The translations under genes were made by a program, and so were the position numbers. A DNA stretch of 64,000 nt, taken from Azolla caroliniana. Lineage: Eukaryota; Plantae; Polypodiophyta. Below are positions 22,303 to 33,703 of the stretch, piece by piece (the stretch's first letter is position 1; the number at the start of each line of letters is the position of its first letter). The notes below the pieces were generated by a model. The model was not told the DNA's origin and did not search any database. It was given only the letters and a program-made list of their open reading frames with translations. The DNA lies in NCBI GenBank assembly GCA_043228905.1, contig JBHGNT010000021.1, positions 6,820,001 to 6,884,000 of the forward strand, written 5' to 3'.

Positions 22303-25300
22303 TCATTCCCCGCCCGTCGGTTCTTCCTCGGTTTCGGATCGTTCGTCGTCGCGGTCCAGGTTAACCGGATCCAGCTCGTCGTCGTGACGCTTCTTGAACG
22401 CTTTGATCCGCTTCCCAGCTACCGGTATCGCCATTCTCGTACCGTCAAGTTCCGCTAGATGGTACGTCCCGTTGTCGTTGGCGCTTTGTACCACGTAAGG
22501 CCTGAACCACCTTCTTGCGAACTTTCGTGTCGCTCGGTGCTGGTTGTCGAGGCTGTTGTCGTAAACTAGCACCCAATCGCCTTCCTCGATCTTCTTCGGT
22601 CGGAGCCGGTGCGTTCGGTCGAACCGGGCTTTGTTCCTCGTCCTTGCCACCCGAAGCCTTCCCGCAGCCTGCTCCACGTCCTCCGGCCTTCGCTCGAGCT
22701 GTCGTATGCGCGCCGTCAACAGTTCCTCCCGGCTCATCTCGTCTCTCCAGTCCACGGTTGCCCATGAGGAGATCGTACGTTCCATCGGCATGATCGACTT
22801 CTGCCCAAACATGAGCTCTGCCGGCATGAATCCGGTTACCGAACTGTGTGTAGTTCGGTCAGCCCACAACGCGTAAGGCAGCAGCCGCGGCCAGTTCCCG
22901 ACTTGTCCTCCGCATGCACGAACTAACGCCTTGACGATCGGTCCGTGCCCGTGCTCCACCTTCCCATTCGCCTCCGGATTGTACGCAGTGGTAAGCGAGA
23001 GCTTGACTCCTAACCGGTCGAACAGCTCCTCGGCCTCTTCGGCGTCCAACTCCCCGCGATCAGCCATGATCTTCCCGACGCACCCGTACCGGCATATCAC
23101 GTCCTCGATCAGGAACCGACATACGGCCGCGGTCGTTTTGTTCTGAAGGGCTCGGCCCTCCACCTGGTTCGTCAGATCTTCCCGATCCAGGACCAGATAC
23201 CGCATCTGTCCTACTCCCATCGGCATCATCACCAGATCTACCATCCATTTGAAGTGGATGGTCGGAGGGTACGTAGGGTGAAGCTCGTCTCGATGTCGAG
23301 CTACGGAGTGCATCTGGCAGCTCTCGCAAGTTGTCACAAACCAATGCACGTCCTGGTACAGTCCCGGCCACCAGTACTTCCCCTTTATCTTCTCGAACGT
23401 GGCCCACGTTCCACGGTGTCCAGCCCAAGGGTTGTCGTGGTAGGCCGTCAGCAACTCCTCCTGTTCTTCCTTCATCGCCACCACCCGGAGCGGGACGCCA
23501 TTCCTTTTCTTCAGGTGCTTCCATAAGTATCCGTCGCGGAGAAAGAATCGGTATGCTTTCTTCCGGATCCGGCTGGTCTCGTCCCTCGTCCATGACGCAT
23601 CCGGCGTCATGGTCCTTAAGAATCCACCGATCTGTAGCCACTTGCCGTCGTACTTGCTCTCGTCGAAGTCGTTAAGTGCCGGAGTGCTCGTCCCATCAGT
23701 CGTCACGTACGCCGCCTCGAAGAAGTCCACACCGACTTCTTCGTCCTCCGAAACCATGCCGCCCTCGTCATCAAACCTCGCCCTCGAAAGCATGTCGGCC
23801 ATGGCGTTGTCCTTTCCGGAAATGTGTCGTATTTCCGGGTCCAAGGACTTGATGTACGCTATCCACCTGAGCATCGCCAGGTCCGGTGTCGCGCATCCGG
23901 AAACCATGCCGAGAATTGGCAGGCAATCCGTCTCGATAACCACTTCTGTCCCGATCAGGTAGTCTTTGTCGGCCTTTACTGCCGAAACGATACCCCAGAG
24001 TTCGCGTTTAACCTGGGCGTACCCTCGTTGTCGCTCACTGAGGACCTTCGCGCCGAATCGGATCGGGAACCGAATGCCGTCCTTGTCTTCTTGGTTGAGG
24101 ACCCATCCGATCCTGGTCGGGCTCGTATCCACCGTTATGTATACCGGGGTACCCTTCTCGTAGACAGCCTTCCGGAGCGCCGGTGCTGCCGCAAGAGCTT
24201 CCTTCAGCTTCCGGACCGACTCCGTGTGCTCGTCTCGCCACTCGAATTTTCGTCCCTTCTTCAGCAACCCGTATAGCGGCTCCGCAACGTGGGCGTAATG
24301 CGGGATCCATATGTGGTAGAACGCGCATGCCCCCAGGAACCTCCGAACTTCCGTAACCGAGCTACAGTCGGTCCTCATCGTGGAGATGGCTTCTACCTTT
24401 GCTGGAGACGGCTTCCGGCCATATGGTCCACATAGGTGTCCGACCACCAGGATTTCTGATTGCCCGAAGGCCGATTTCTCCCCGGAGAAGGTGAGCCTCG
24501 CATCCTCTAGCCTTTGTAGCACCTTCTCGCAGTCGTCGTTGTGTGCTGCCACGAATCGCCGGCATCCGTCCGGCCCGAGTGTCTCGTCCTTCTCTTCCAC
24601 CAGGCACCCCTTGATCGGGATGTCGTCTAGAAACGACATGGTGACGTCCGGGATGCAATCCCTCAGTACCTTGTTCATTGCATTCACCATGTGGGCCACC
24701 GAGTTAGTCCCTCCTTGCGGCAGGGTACACATTCGCACTAGGCCGAGGGGAGTTCGCATCGTCGTAATGTCTCTGCTCTCCATGGCTAGCTGGAACTGGT
24801 CGTACCCTGAGTACAGATCACCGACCGAGTAAATCGACCTTCCTGCGAAGGCCTCCGCGAACTCGTCTATGGTCGGTCTGATTCCTGCATTCCGAATGGT
24901 CACTCTGTTGACCGGCTGCATGTCTTGAATGAAGCACAATGTTCCCTTTTTCTTCGGTACGGTAAACCATCGGTTCGAGTATGGGGCACTCGACGGTTCG
25001 AGAATGCCCATATCGACTTTCTGCCTCAGTAGCTCCATCAACTTCGGGATGTGAGCTCTTGGTACCGGAATCGGCTTGAGATTCCACGGTACATGCAGTA
25101 CCGTGAATATCACCATCGGCTCCACGATTGTTGGGTCTACGCACCCGATCTCTTCCGGTGAGAATGCGAAGGCTTTCCCGTGCCTTCCGAGCATTCTCCG
25201 AAACCGGTCTTCCTCCGCCGGCAGTAGGAACCCGCCCCCACCGATTTTGAGCTCCCGGAGCGTCCCGTCGGTGAAGGTGTGTCCTATGCAGACTGGATCT

Positions 25301-25806
25301 CGCAAACTGGGGTCCGACGCAACCCCTCTGATTCGGGACTCGCTACCCTCCGGTAAGGGTGCCGCGACGGGCCTTACCTTCCGGTCCACAGTCTTGTACT
25401 TCGTGCTAACTCGGGCCGTCCGGTCCGACCCGAGCCCCTGACTGAAGCTCGCGATGACTTCGTACATCTCTTCGGAACATACCGGTATCGTCCGGTCTTC
25501 GTTAAGGTCTTCTCCGGCTACCTTCCTCAGCATACCCAAGGTGTCGTCGAAGGAGACCGCCTCCACGGCTCCGCTGATTTCCTCGTCCGGGCCGAGGACT
25601 CGGCACGCTCGAAGTCGCTCTTCCGCCCTTGCCTTCTCTCGGCCAACAATGCCGACTATCATACACCCTCCGTTGTTGGAGAAGCAAATTTTTCTACCCA
25701 TCGTACAAGGATTCTTCGGTTTCGGTTCTATTGTACAGTTGTGGGGTCTTTCCCGAGTGTCCGGACTGTCTCGGCCCCACGCCTTGGCAGCCCTCTCTAA
25801 AAATCC
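22303..25806 (-). CDS. pol: pol: RT-RNaseH-integrase, probably reached by -1 frameshift at 25800-25806 (first ATG at 25701)
   Basis: 1132-aa open frame with LPQGGTNS, FLDD, VDTSP, H..GH..CESC zinc finger, ADRGE, AYNPEANGKVE and a GPY/F-like RPY; the frame stays open upstream to the gag stop. Confidence 0.92.
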   Translation of the reverse strand, partial: GFLERAAKAWGRDSPDTRERPHNCTIEPKPKNPCTMGRKICFSNNGGCMIVGIVGREKARAEERLRACRVLGPDEEISGAVEAVSFDDTLGMLRKVAGEDLNEDRTIPVCSEEMYEVIASFSQGLGSDRTARVSTKYKTVDRKVRPVAAPLPEGSESRIRGVASDPSLRDPVCIGHTFTDGTLRELKIGGGGFLLPAEEDRFRRMLGRHGKAFAFSPEEIGCVDPTIVEPMVIFTVLHVPWNLKPIPVPRAHIPKLMELLRQKVDMGILEPSSAPYSNRWFTVPKKKGTLCFIQDMQPVNRVTIRNAGIRPTIDEFAEAFAGRSIYSVGDLYSGYDQFQLAMESRDITTMRTPLGLVRMCTLPQGGTNSVAHMVNAMNKVLRDCIPDVTMSFLDDIPIKGCLVEEKDETLGPDGCRRFVAAHNDDCEKVLQRLEDARLTFSGEKSAFGQSEILVVGHLCGPYGRKPSPAKVEAISTMRTDCSSVTEVRRFLGACAFYHIWIPHYAHVAEPLYGLLKKGRKFEWRDEHTESVRKLKEALAAAPALRKAVYEKGTPVYITVDTSPTRIGWVLNQEDKDGIRFPIRFGAKVLSERQRGYAQVKRELWGIVSAVKADKDYLIGTEVVIETDCLPILGMVSGCATPDLAMLRWIAYIKSLDPEIRHISGKDNAMADMLSRARFDDEGGMVSEDEEVGVDFFEAAYVTTDGTSTPALNDFDESKYDGKWLQIGGFLRTMTPDASWTRDETSRIRKKAYRFFLRDGYLWKHLKKRNGVPLRVVAMKEEQEELLTAYHDNPWAGHRGTWATFEKIKGKYWWPGLYQDVHWFVTTCESCQMHSVARHRDELHPTYPPTIHFKWMVDLVMMPMGVGQMRYLVLDREDLTNQVEGRALQNKTTAAVCRFLIEDVICRYGCVGKIMADRGELDAEEAEELFDRLGVKLSLTTAYNPEANGKVEHGHGPIVKALVRACGGQVGNWPRLLPYALWADRTTHSSVTGFMPAELMFGQKSIMPMERTISSWATVDWRDEMSREELLTARIRQLERRPEDVEQAAGRLRVARTRNKARFDRTHRLRPKKIEEGDWVLVYDNSLDNQHRATRKFARRWFRPYVVQSANDNGTYHLAELDGTRMAIPVAGKRIKAFKKRHDDELDPVNLDRDDERSETEEEPTGGE

Positions 25807-27923
25807 TCTCGGTTCTCGCCACCGAGGGATTCGCGGTTCCGCTCGTGGTTTGGTCGCACCGTCAGAAATTGGACCGAATGGCGCCCGTCCTGGCTTTTGA
25901 CCCTCGCGTAGGCCGAACCGTTGTCTAGCACCTTCGTCTCCATCCGCGCCGCCGTGATGTATGGTTCCCCTAATATGACCGGGTGCGAGGACGTCTCCTG
26001 TACGAAGAAGTGCTGGTCAATCTCGACGTCGCCGATCTTGACTCGCACGTTCGGGCAGGCCCCATGCAGTTCCTCGGTGGCGCGCGTCGCCACCCGTATC
26101 TTCCACCCGTGCTTGGTGTTGATCGGCCACTTTCCCTTCTTATAGAAGTCCATGGACATCAGGTTTATTTCCGAACCGTGGTCCACCAATGCCACCACCG
26201 GTTCCTGAACATCTCCGATCTTTACCGGGGTCTCCGTGGTCGCTCGGGCCCAGTGTGGCCTCGAATAGTGGCTCTCCGCCCACTCATCTGCCAACGCCGA
26301 GTCGTCGATGTGCGTCGTCCGCACCTCCACCGGTCTCTCCGGTTCCGTCTCCGTCGACAGCCTCTTCCGCTTCACGAAGTCCACAATGGAGTCGTGGAAC
26401 TCCTTCTTAGCGATCCCTAGCACCTCCCGCAATGACAGCTCCACTTTGCTGTCGAGGATCCGCTCTTCTAGGACCTTTCGTAGGTCCGTGGTCCTTTCTA
26501 TTTCCGTCCCCAGTCGGTATCTGCCCTTCCTGGGGTTATCTTGCGCGATGGACCCACCGGCATCGTTCCGTCGTTGCCCGAATCGGGTCTCGTATCGTTG
26601 TGAGGGCCCGGCCGCTCCGGCTTTCCCCACTCGTTTGTCTTCCACCAGAGCCTCGTAGTTCCGCCAGGCGGCTTCTACGAAGCCCGTCTTCTCCTTGACC
26701 GGGTCGCTCCACCCGGTTATTTCCCGGACCCGTTTCTCAGCGCGGTCCGCTTCATCTTCCCTCAGCCGTGCGCCGGCGAGGCCTTCCAGCATTGCCGACC
26801 AGAATCCGTCTTTGCTCTCCTTTCGGGCCTCGCTGCCCCCGACCCGAATGCCGGCCAACGCCGAGTAGTGGACAGCCTCCACGTGTCGGGCCACTGCCGC
26901 TTCCATCAGTCTCTTCATACCTCCTCGCCCGTCGTTTCGGTTTAGGGCCCTTCTGGTATCGCCGGCATGCACCCGGCCTTCCCACAAGTACACCACCTGG
27001 TTCCTCAACGCCTCTGCGAAATCGCCGCAGTCCTTCCGAATGTGGCCGACCTCGTCGCACCACATGCACCTGTTCCCTGCTGCCGGCCGTCGGTCACGAG
27101 CCGGTTCGCCGCCTTCCCTTCGAGTCTGGGCGATCTGGAGATCCTTTATCACCCGCGTCAACTCCTCCAGTGCTGCTCCTCCGGACGAGCCACTGACCAT
27201 GCCGGTCGAAGACGGACTGGTTTCGAGCCATTCCCGGGTCTCTTCCCTTCGCCCTTGTGGTGCCGTTTCAAGCCTCCTTGCTGTGACAGAGCCCGCTCCG
27301 GCCGCCCCGTTGTCAGCCCATTCTCGCCGCTTGTCGAAACGGCTACAGACTCTCTTAACCGCAGTCCAGTCGGTCGTCAACCCGTCTTCGGTTTCTAGCA
27401 AGGAGCCGACTTGATCCCGGTCCCGCTCGTCCACCGACTTGACGAACAGTAGGACCCGACTCGTATCCAGAACGGTTCGGTCAAGCGCCGAAAGGCGCAC
27501 AAAGCGTTCCTCAAACTCCCGGAGGAGTGCCGACGCGTTTCTTCCCTTGCTGGGGGACTCCACCCATTCCATGAAGTCCCATTTCGAAAGCCGGAGCGCG
27601 TCGTCCAGCCCGTATTTCTCCAGGAGTCGGCCTTCGAACTCCTCCCAGGTACGGCTCTCGGCCCGTACCTCGAGCACTTCCGCATGGATGCTCGGCATCG
27701 CCACTCGAGGGAACCCGGCAAGACGCCTCTCTTCCGGAATGCCCCGCATCAGCATTTCTGCCCCGTAGGACGCCAAATACTTCGTGGCATCCTTTCCACT
27801 GAACCAGCCGATCGTACCGACAACCGCCTCAATGGCTCTGTCGAGGGTGCCGGTGCCCTTGCGTGTGCTCAATATCCGATCCACGGCCGAAGCCATGGCC
27901 TCTGCAAGATCCGACCCCCTCAT
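25797..27923 (-). CDS. gag: Gag-protease polyprotein
   Basis: Open frame; likely start MRGSDLAE just after the PBS; CMWCDEVGHIRKDC knuckle; protease ALVDHGSEINLM...VILGEPY. Confidence 0.88.
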   Translation of the reverse strand: MRGSDLAEAMASAVDRILSTRKGTGTLDRAIEAVVGTIGWFSGKDATKYLASYGAEMLMRGIPEERRLAGFPRVAMPSIHAEVLEVRAESRTWEEFEGRLLEKYGLDDALRLSKWDFMEWVESPSKGRNASALLREFEERFVRLSALDRTVLDTSRVLLFVKSVDERDRDQVGSLLETEDGLTTDWTAVKRVCSRFDKRREWADNGAAGAGSVTARRLETAPQGRREETREWLETSPSSTGMVSGSSGGAALEELTRVIKDLQIAQTRREGGEPARDRRPAAGNRCMWCDEVGHIRKDCGDFAEALRNQVVYLWEGRVHAGDTRRALNRNDGRGGMKRLMEAAVARHVEAVHYSALAGIRVGGSEARKESKDGFWSAMLEGLAGARLREDEADRAEKRVREITGWSDPVKEKTGFVEAAWRNYEALVEDKRVGKAGAAGPSQRYETRFGQRRNDAGGSIAQDNPRKGRYRLGTEIERTTDLRKVLEERILDSKVELSLREVLGIAKKEFHDSIVDFVKRKRLSTETEPERPVEVRTTHIDDSALADEWAESHYSRPHWARATTETPVKIGDVQEPVVALVDHGSEINLMSMDFYKKGKWPINTKHGWKIRVATRATEELHGACPNVRVKIGDVEIDQHFFVQETSSHPVILGEPYITAARMETKVLDNGSAYARVKSQDGRHSVQFLTVRPNHERNRESLGGENREDF

Positions 27924-27945
27924 CTTCTGCTCTTCTGCCGCCTCT

Positions 27946-27963
27946 TTCACGTCGGGTTCACCA
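27946..27963 (-). promoter_or_regulatory. primer-binding site complementary to tRNA-Trp
   Basis: The plus strand reads TTCACGTCGGGTTCACCA, the 3' end of plant cytosolic tRNA-Trp(CCA) as recalled; 3 nt from the LTR. Confidence 0.85.
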
Positions 27964-27966
27964 AGA

Positions 27967-28612
27967 TGTCGAGGTATTCCTCGCGGATGCGTGGAATGAG
28001 GCGGGACCTCGGGGGTCTTGTACCGAAGAGCAAGAGAGAAAGGAGAACGGAAGAGACCCACTACGTGCGAGCATAGATTCACAGGGACACGGCCCTTCGA
28101 CACAAGACGCGAGCGGGAAACCGACACAGAGAGACACGAAGTTATGTATGTATATATTATCAGAGACAAACAACAAGAAACACGAGTTCGGTTACAACCG
28201 AACAGGCCGGCGAACAGATGCCGATGCCTGTTCGTAAACGCTCAGAAAGAAAGGAGTAGATTAGAGGTGCTGCCGGAAGCACTCGGGCATTCCTCAAAGC
28301 AGCGCGAGCCTCCCGAAAACCTGCACAGAAAGAAGCTACCAAGTATGGAAGAGAGAGAAGCCTTCGGTCGACAACCCGACAGCACTTTGTCCCCTCTCTA
28401 AAACGTGATCCCATCCCCCTTCTCGTTTCCCTCCCTTTATAGGCAAGGAAGGAGCCGTTTCCCCTTTACTTCCTACCCACTAAATCTACCTACTTAGGAT
28501 CTCCTATGTACCTAATTCTCCCTTATATACAATATAAGGCGTACGGGCATGAAGAGCCGGTTCCTACGCCCCGGTGCACCGATTCCGCTTGTGGACGGTT
28601 TTCTTCACGACA
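27967..28612 (-). repeat. 5' LTR (646 bp)
   Basis: Direct repeat of 21584-22229. Confidence 0.95.
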
Positions 28613-28633
28613 ACGTAATATTAAGAAAGAACT

Positions 28634-31600
28634 TGTCGGGATTACGGTCCCTTCGGATGGGATGGTCGGACGTCGGAGATGAATGCCGACAAGCCCGGTT
28701 TCGGTTTCGGAACCGGATGATGAAGACCCCGACTTCGGAGCCGGATGACGAATGTACCCGGAGAGCGATCCGAATGCAGGGACATATCCGTGAATATGTT
28801 TGCTAAGGGCCCCTGAGGCTATAGTTGTAAATAGCCCCAAAGTCATATATGTATAAATATGACTTAGGGCAAACTGTTTTAGTGCTGCTGATCATTTTTC
28901 TGTTTTTCCACTCAAGAGGAGTGAAGAGGGAACAGCCGTGAGAGAGAGAGAGAGAGAGAGAGATAGAGCGCGAGAGAGGAAGAGGACGACGCCTCTGTGT
29001 ATTTTCCGCCGCCTGTGGCGAGGACAGCGAGCTCAAGGTCGTCGCCTTGCAGCTCGCCATTGTATACTTCTCTTTGTATAGTGTTGGTTTGGAGTCTTGT
29101 ACTCCCGTGGTTTTTCCCATCTAGGGTTTTCCACGTTAATCCCTGTGTATTTGTGTGTTTCTCTCTTTGGTTCCTATTTTCTGCTGCATTGATTCGCGAT
29201 TACTCGGTTGTGGCCGAGCGGTGAAGGTGAATCGAAGCGTCGATTCCCAACAATCTGGTATCAGAGCAAACTGCTGCAGAAAATGGAAGGCGGCGGCAGC
29301 GGGCAGCCGGGGATGATGGTGCTGAATGCGCAGAATTACGCCGACTGGAAGATCAAGATGGAGGATCTTCTGATTGTTCGGGACCTGTACGAACCGATTG
29401 ACAGGTCGGAAATACCGAAGGGGGTACTTGAGTCGGAGTGGAAGCTCCTGAACCGGAAAGCCGTAGCGACGATCCGACAATATGTCGATGTAAGCGTCCT
29501 ACAACATGTGGCGAACGACACCAACGCATATGAGATGTGGAAGAAGCTGTTGGGCCTCTACGAGAGGAAGAATGCGTTGAACCGGACCTCCCTGATGAGG
29601 AAGATAGTGAATCTCAAGTACCGGGACGGCGAGAGTATGGTGGAACACGTAAGCACGTTCATGGGATTCGTGAATCAGCTTGCGGCGATCAAGTTCCCGT
29701 TGGAGGATGCAATGCAAGCCATCATCCTGATGTGTACATTGCCGGAAAGCTGGGAGAACTTGGTGGTGACTCTCAGCACCTCCTGCACCGAAGATAACTT
29801 GTCCTTACAAACGGTAAAGACAAGTATTTTGAACGAAGAAGCGCGTCGGAGAGATAAAGAACCGGCCTCCGACTCGAAGGCGCTACTTACCGAATCGGAT
29901 CGGGGAAGACAATGGAACCGGAGTCCGCAAAGACGGGAGAAGTCGGGGACCCGGTCGCAGTCAAGAGGAAGGCCCACATGCTTCCACTGTGGGAAGCCGG
30001 GGCACTTCCGAAAGAATTGTCGGCATTACCGAAAAGACAACGGAGCCGACGACACCGATTCGAAGAAGTCACCGGAGAGAAACGGTGCATACCGGGGAGC
30101 CACGGACCGGAGAGGTTCGGATCGGCGAGGGCAGGACCGGAAAGGAACAACGGCACTCGCGGCAAGTGAGGAAGAAATCATGCTCATCACCGAAGAAGGT
30201 GAACTAAACATTGCCGGCGATGAGACGACCTGGGTGGTCGATTCCGGAGCATCGTTCCACCTGACCCCGGAGAGAAGATACTTCTCATCCTACACAGCCG
30301 GTGAGCATGGCTGTGTTCGGATGGGGAATGAAGGTACGTGCCGGATTGCCGGCATAGGAGACGTGTGGTTGACAACCCCGACCGGATGCAAAATGCTGCT
30401 GAAGGATGTCCGACACGTTCCGGAGGTTCGATTGAACCTGATTTCGGCCGGGAGGCTAGACGATGAAGGCTACACAGGTAGCATCCGGAACGGCGTAATG
30501 AAGTTCAGCAAGGGGAGCCTGATAGTGGCTCGGGCCCGGAAAGACAACACACTGTACCTGATGAATGCCCGGTTATGTCCGGAAGAGCTGAATGTGGCAG
30601 CCGACACTGCCGGTGAGCTGTGGCACAAAAGACTGTGCCACATGAGTGAGAAGGGGATGAAGAGGCTTGCAGAAGACAACCTTATTCCAGTGAAGCATGT
30701 GCACCTGGAGAAGTGCACCGATTGCCTGGCCGGTAAGCAGAACCGAACCTCCTTCCACTCAAGGCCACCGACGAGACGTAGCGCACCATTGGAGTTGGTG
30801 CACACTGATGTGTGTCAGGTAGAAACGAAGTCACATGGCGGAGCCCAGTACTTCGTAACATTCATTGATGATCACAGCCGGAAGCTGTGGACGGCACCGT
30901 TGAAGACAAAGGACCAAGTGTTGTGCGTCTTCAAGGAACTCCACGCGAGAGTGGAAAGGGAATCTGGCAAGAAGCTGAAAGCGATACGAGCGGATAACGG
31001 AGGGGAATACCGGGGGCAGTTCCAGGAGTATTGTCGCTCGAAGGGAATCCGACTCGAGTTTACTGTGCCGAAGACGCCGGAACTGAACGGGCTGGCCGAG
31101 AGGATGAACCGGACCATAATGGAGAGGGTCCGGAGTATGCTGGCACATGCGAAATTACCCAAGGGGTTTTGGGCTGAGGCAATGTCGACGGCGACATACG
31201 TGATAAACAGATCACCCTCAGTACCTTTGGACGGAGACACGCCGCAGAATGTGTGGACCGGTAAGGAAGTGTCCTACCGGCATCTGAAGGTGTTCGGGTG
31301 TCTCGCATACATGCATGTGGCAAAGGACCGGAGAGGAAAGCTAGATCCAAAGACCCGGCCATGCATATTCCTCGGTTACGGCGACGACGAGTTCGGCTAC
31401 CGAGTATGGGACCCGGTCGACAAGAAGATATTCAGGAGTCGAGACATCATCTTCATGGAGGACAAGACACTCGCCGACTGGGAGTCGGAGAAGAAGATGA
31501 AGAGCTCCAAGTCGACCGGTGAGGATCAACTCTACGAGGAGCAGTCCCGACCGGCAAGGGACCGGTTAGCACTCGAGGATCCGGCCGAAGACGGTGAAGA

Positions 31601-33672
31601 AACAGAACCGGCCGAAGAAGATGAAAATGATACCGGAACCGGCCCCGATCCCGAAATGGATTCGGATGAAGAAGAATCGGAAGAACCGATTACCGAAGCT
31701 CCGGAACGGAGATATCCTCTAAGAGAGAGAAGGGCCCCCCGGAGATTTCCGGAACCAGAGCACGTGCTGCTAACCGACGAGGGGGAGCCGGAGAGCTTTG
31801 AAGAAGCAAAACATGACACCCAGAGCCGCAGGTGGTTGAGTGCCATGCAGGACGAGATGGATTCCCTGCATGAGAACCACACATATGAACTTGTGGAGTT
31901 GCCGAAAGGAAAGCGGGCACTTCGAAACAAGTGGGTGTTCAAGCTGAAACCGGGAGATGCCGGAAACCCCCCGAGATACAAAGCCAGGATCGTGGTGAAG
32001 GGGTTTCAGCAGAAGAAGGGCGTCGACTTCGACGAGATATTTGCCCCGGTAGTGAAGATGACCTCCATCCGGACGGTGCTGAGCATAGCGGCAAGCATGG
32101 ACCTCGAGGTAGAACAGATGGACGTGAAGACGGCATTCCTTCACGGTGACCTCGATGAAGAGATCTACATGCAGCAACCGGAAGGATTCGAGAAGAAAGG
32201 GAAGGAGCACCTGGTATGCCGGTTGAAGAAGAGCCTTTACGGACTGAAGCAGGCTCCCCGGCAATGGTACCGGAAGTTCGACTCCTTCATGACCGACGAA
32301 GGGTACCTCAAAACGCAGTCCGACCACTGCGTGTTTGTGAAGAAGTTCGAAGGAGGAGACTTTCTAATACTCCTCCTGTACGTGGACGACATGTTGATCG
32401 TCGGACGGGACCAGGTCAAGATACGGATGCTGAAGAAGGCTCTTCACCGAACCTTCTCAATGAAGGACCTGGGTCCGGCGAGGCAAATACTAGGGATGCA
32501 CATCATCCGGGACCGGAAGAAGAAGCAGTTGTGGCTGTCACAGGAGAAGTACGTGACGAAGGTGCTTCACCGGTTCAACATGTCGGAAGCAAGACCGGTC
32601 GGATCGACCCTCCCGGCAAACTGCAAGCTGTCCAGCAAGCAAAGTCCCAAGACAAAGGCTGAAAAGGAGGATATGATGAAAGTGCCGTATGCCTCAGCCG
32701 TCGGGAGCTTGATGTACGCCATGGTGTGTACGAGACCGGACATAGGATATGCAGTCGGAGTGGTGAGCCGGTACATGAGCAATCCCGGCAAAGAGCATTG
32801 GAACGCGGCCAAGTGGATACTCCGATACCTGAAGGGCACGGCAAACGTGTGCCTCCGATTCGGCTCCGGTAAGCCCGAACTCGACGGCTTCACCGATTCG
32901 GATATGTCGGCTGATGCAGATACCAGCCGGTCCACATCAGGGTATGTGATGACGTATGCAGGGGGAACTGTTTCGTGGCAGTCGAGGCTGCAGAAGACGG
33001 TTGCGTTGTCAACCACGGAGGCGGAGTACATGGCAGCTGTTGAAGCCGGCAAGGAAATAATATGGATGAAGGACTTCATTAGAGAGCTTGGTATCCGGCA
33101 GGAGGAGTACCGACTCTACTGCGACAGTCAGAGTGCAATCCACCTTGCGAAGAACGCGGCCTATCACTCCCGGACGAAGCACATCCAGCGAAGATATCGC
33201 TGGATCCGGGAAAGGATAGAAGACAAGGAGTTCGTGCTGACAAAGATCCACACGGACGAGAACGGGTCGGATATGCTGACCAAGGTGCTCACACCCGACA
33301 AGCTGGAAGCATGCCGGAAGAGGATCGGATTGGAAAGACATCCCATGCCGAAGTGAAGGGGGAGTTTGTCGGGATTACGGTCCCTTCGGATGGGATGGTC
33401 GGACGTCGGAGATGAATGCCGACAAGCCCGGTTTCGGTTTCGGAACCGGATGATGAAGACCCCGACTTCGGAGCCGGATGACGAATGTACCCGGAGAGCG
33501 ATCCGAATGCAGGGACATATCCGTGAATATGTTTGCTAAGGGCCCCTGAGGCTATAGTTGTAAATAGCCCCAAAGTCATATATGTATAAATATGACTTAG
33601 GGCAAACTGTTTTAGTGCTGCTGATCATTTTTCTGTTTTTCCACTCAAGAGGAGTGAAGAGGGAACAGCCGT

Positions 33673-33703
<31 letters not shown>

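Larger units (their letters stand above)
21584..28612 (-). mobile_element. intact Ty3/gypsy retrotransposon of a fungal-like (Ylt1-like) lineage, tRNA-Trp primed
   Basis: 646-bp LTRs 21584-22229 and 27967-28612 (about 11 transitions by eye), PBS 27946-27963, PPT 22230-22242, two long open ORFs, 4-bp flanks AAGT/ACGT. Lineage assignment is inference. Confidence 0.93.

Noticed and set aside
27924-28169. N-terminal extension of the 790-aa ORF
   Set aside because: It lies in the LTR and PBS; the ATG just after the PBS is the more plausible start.
22123-28414. Many overlapping short ORFs on both strands of the gypsy element
   Set aside because: These are expected shadow ORFs in GC-rich coding DNA; the duplicated ones simply reflect the two LTRs.
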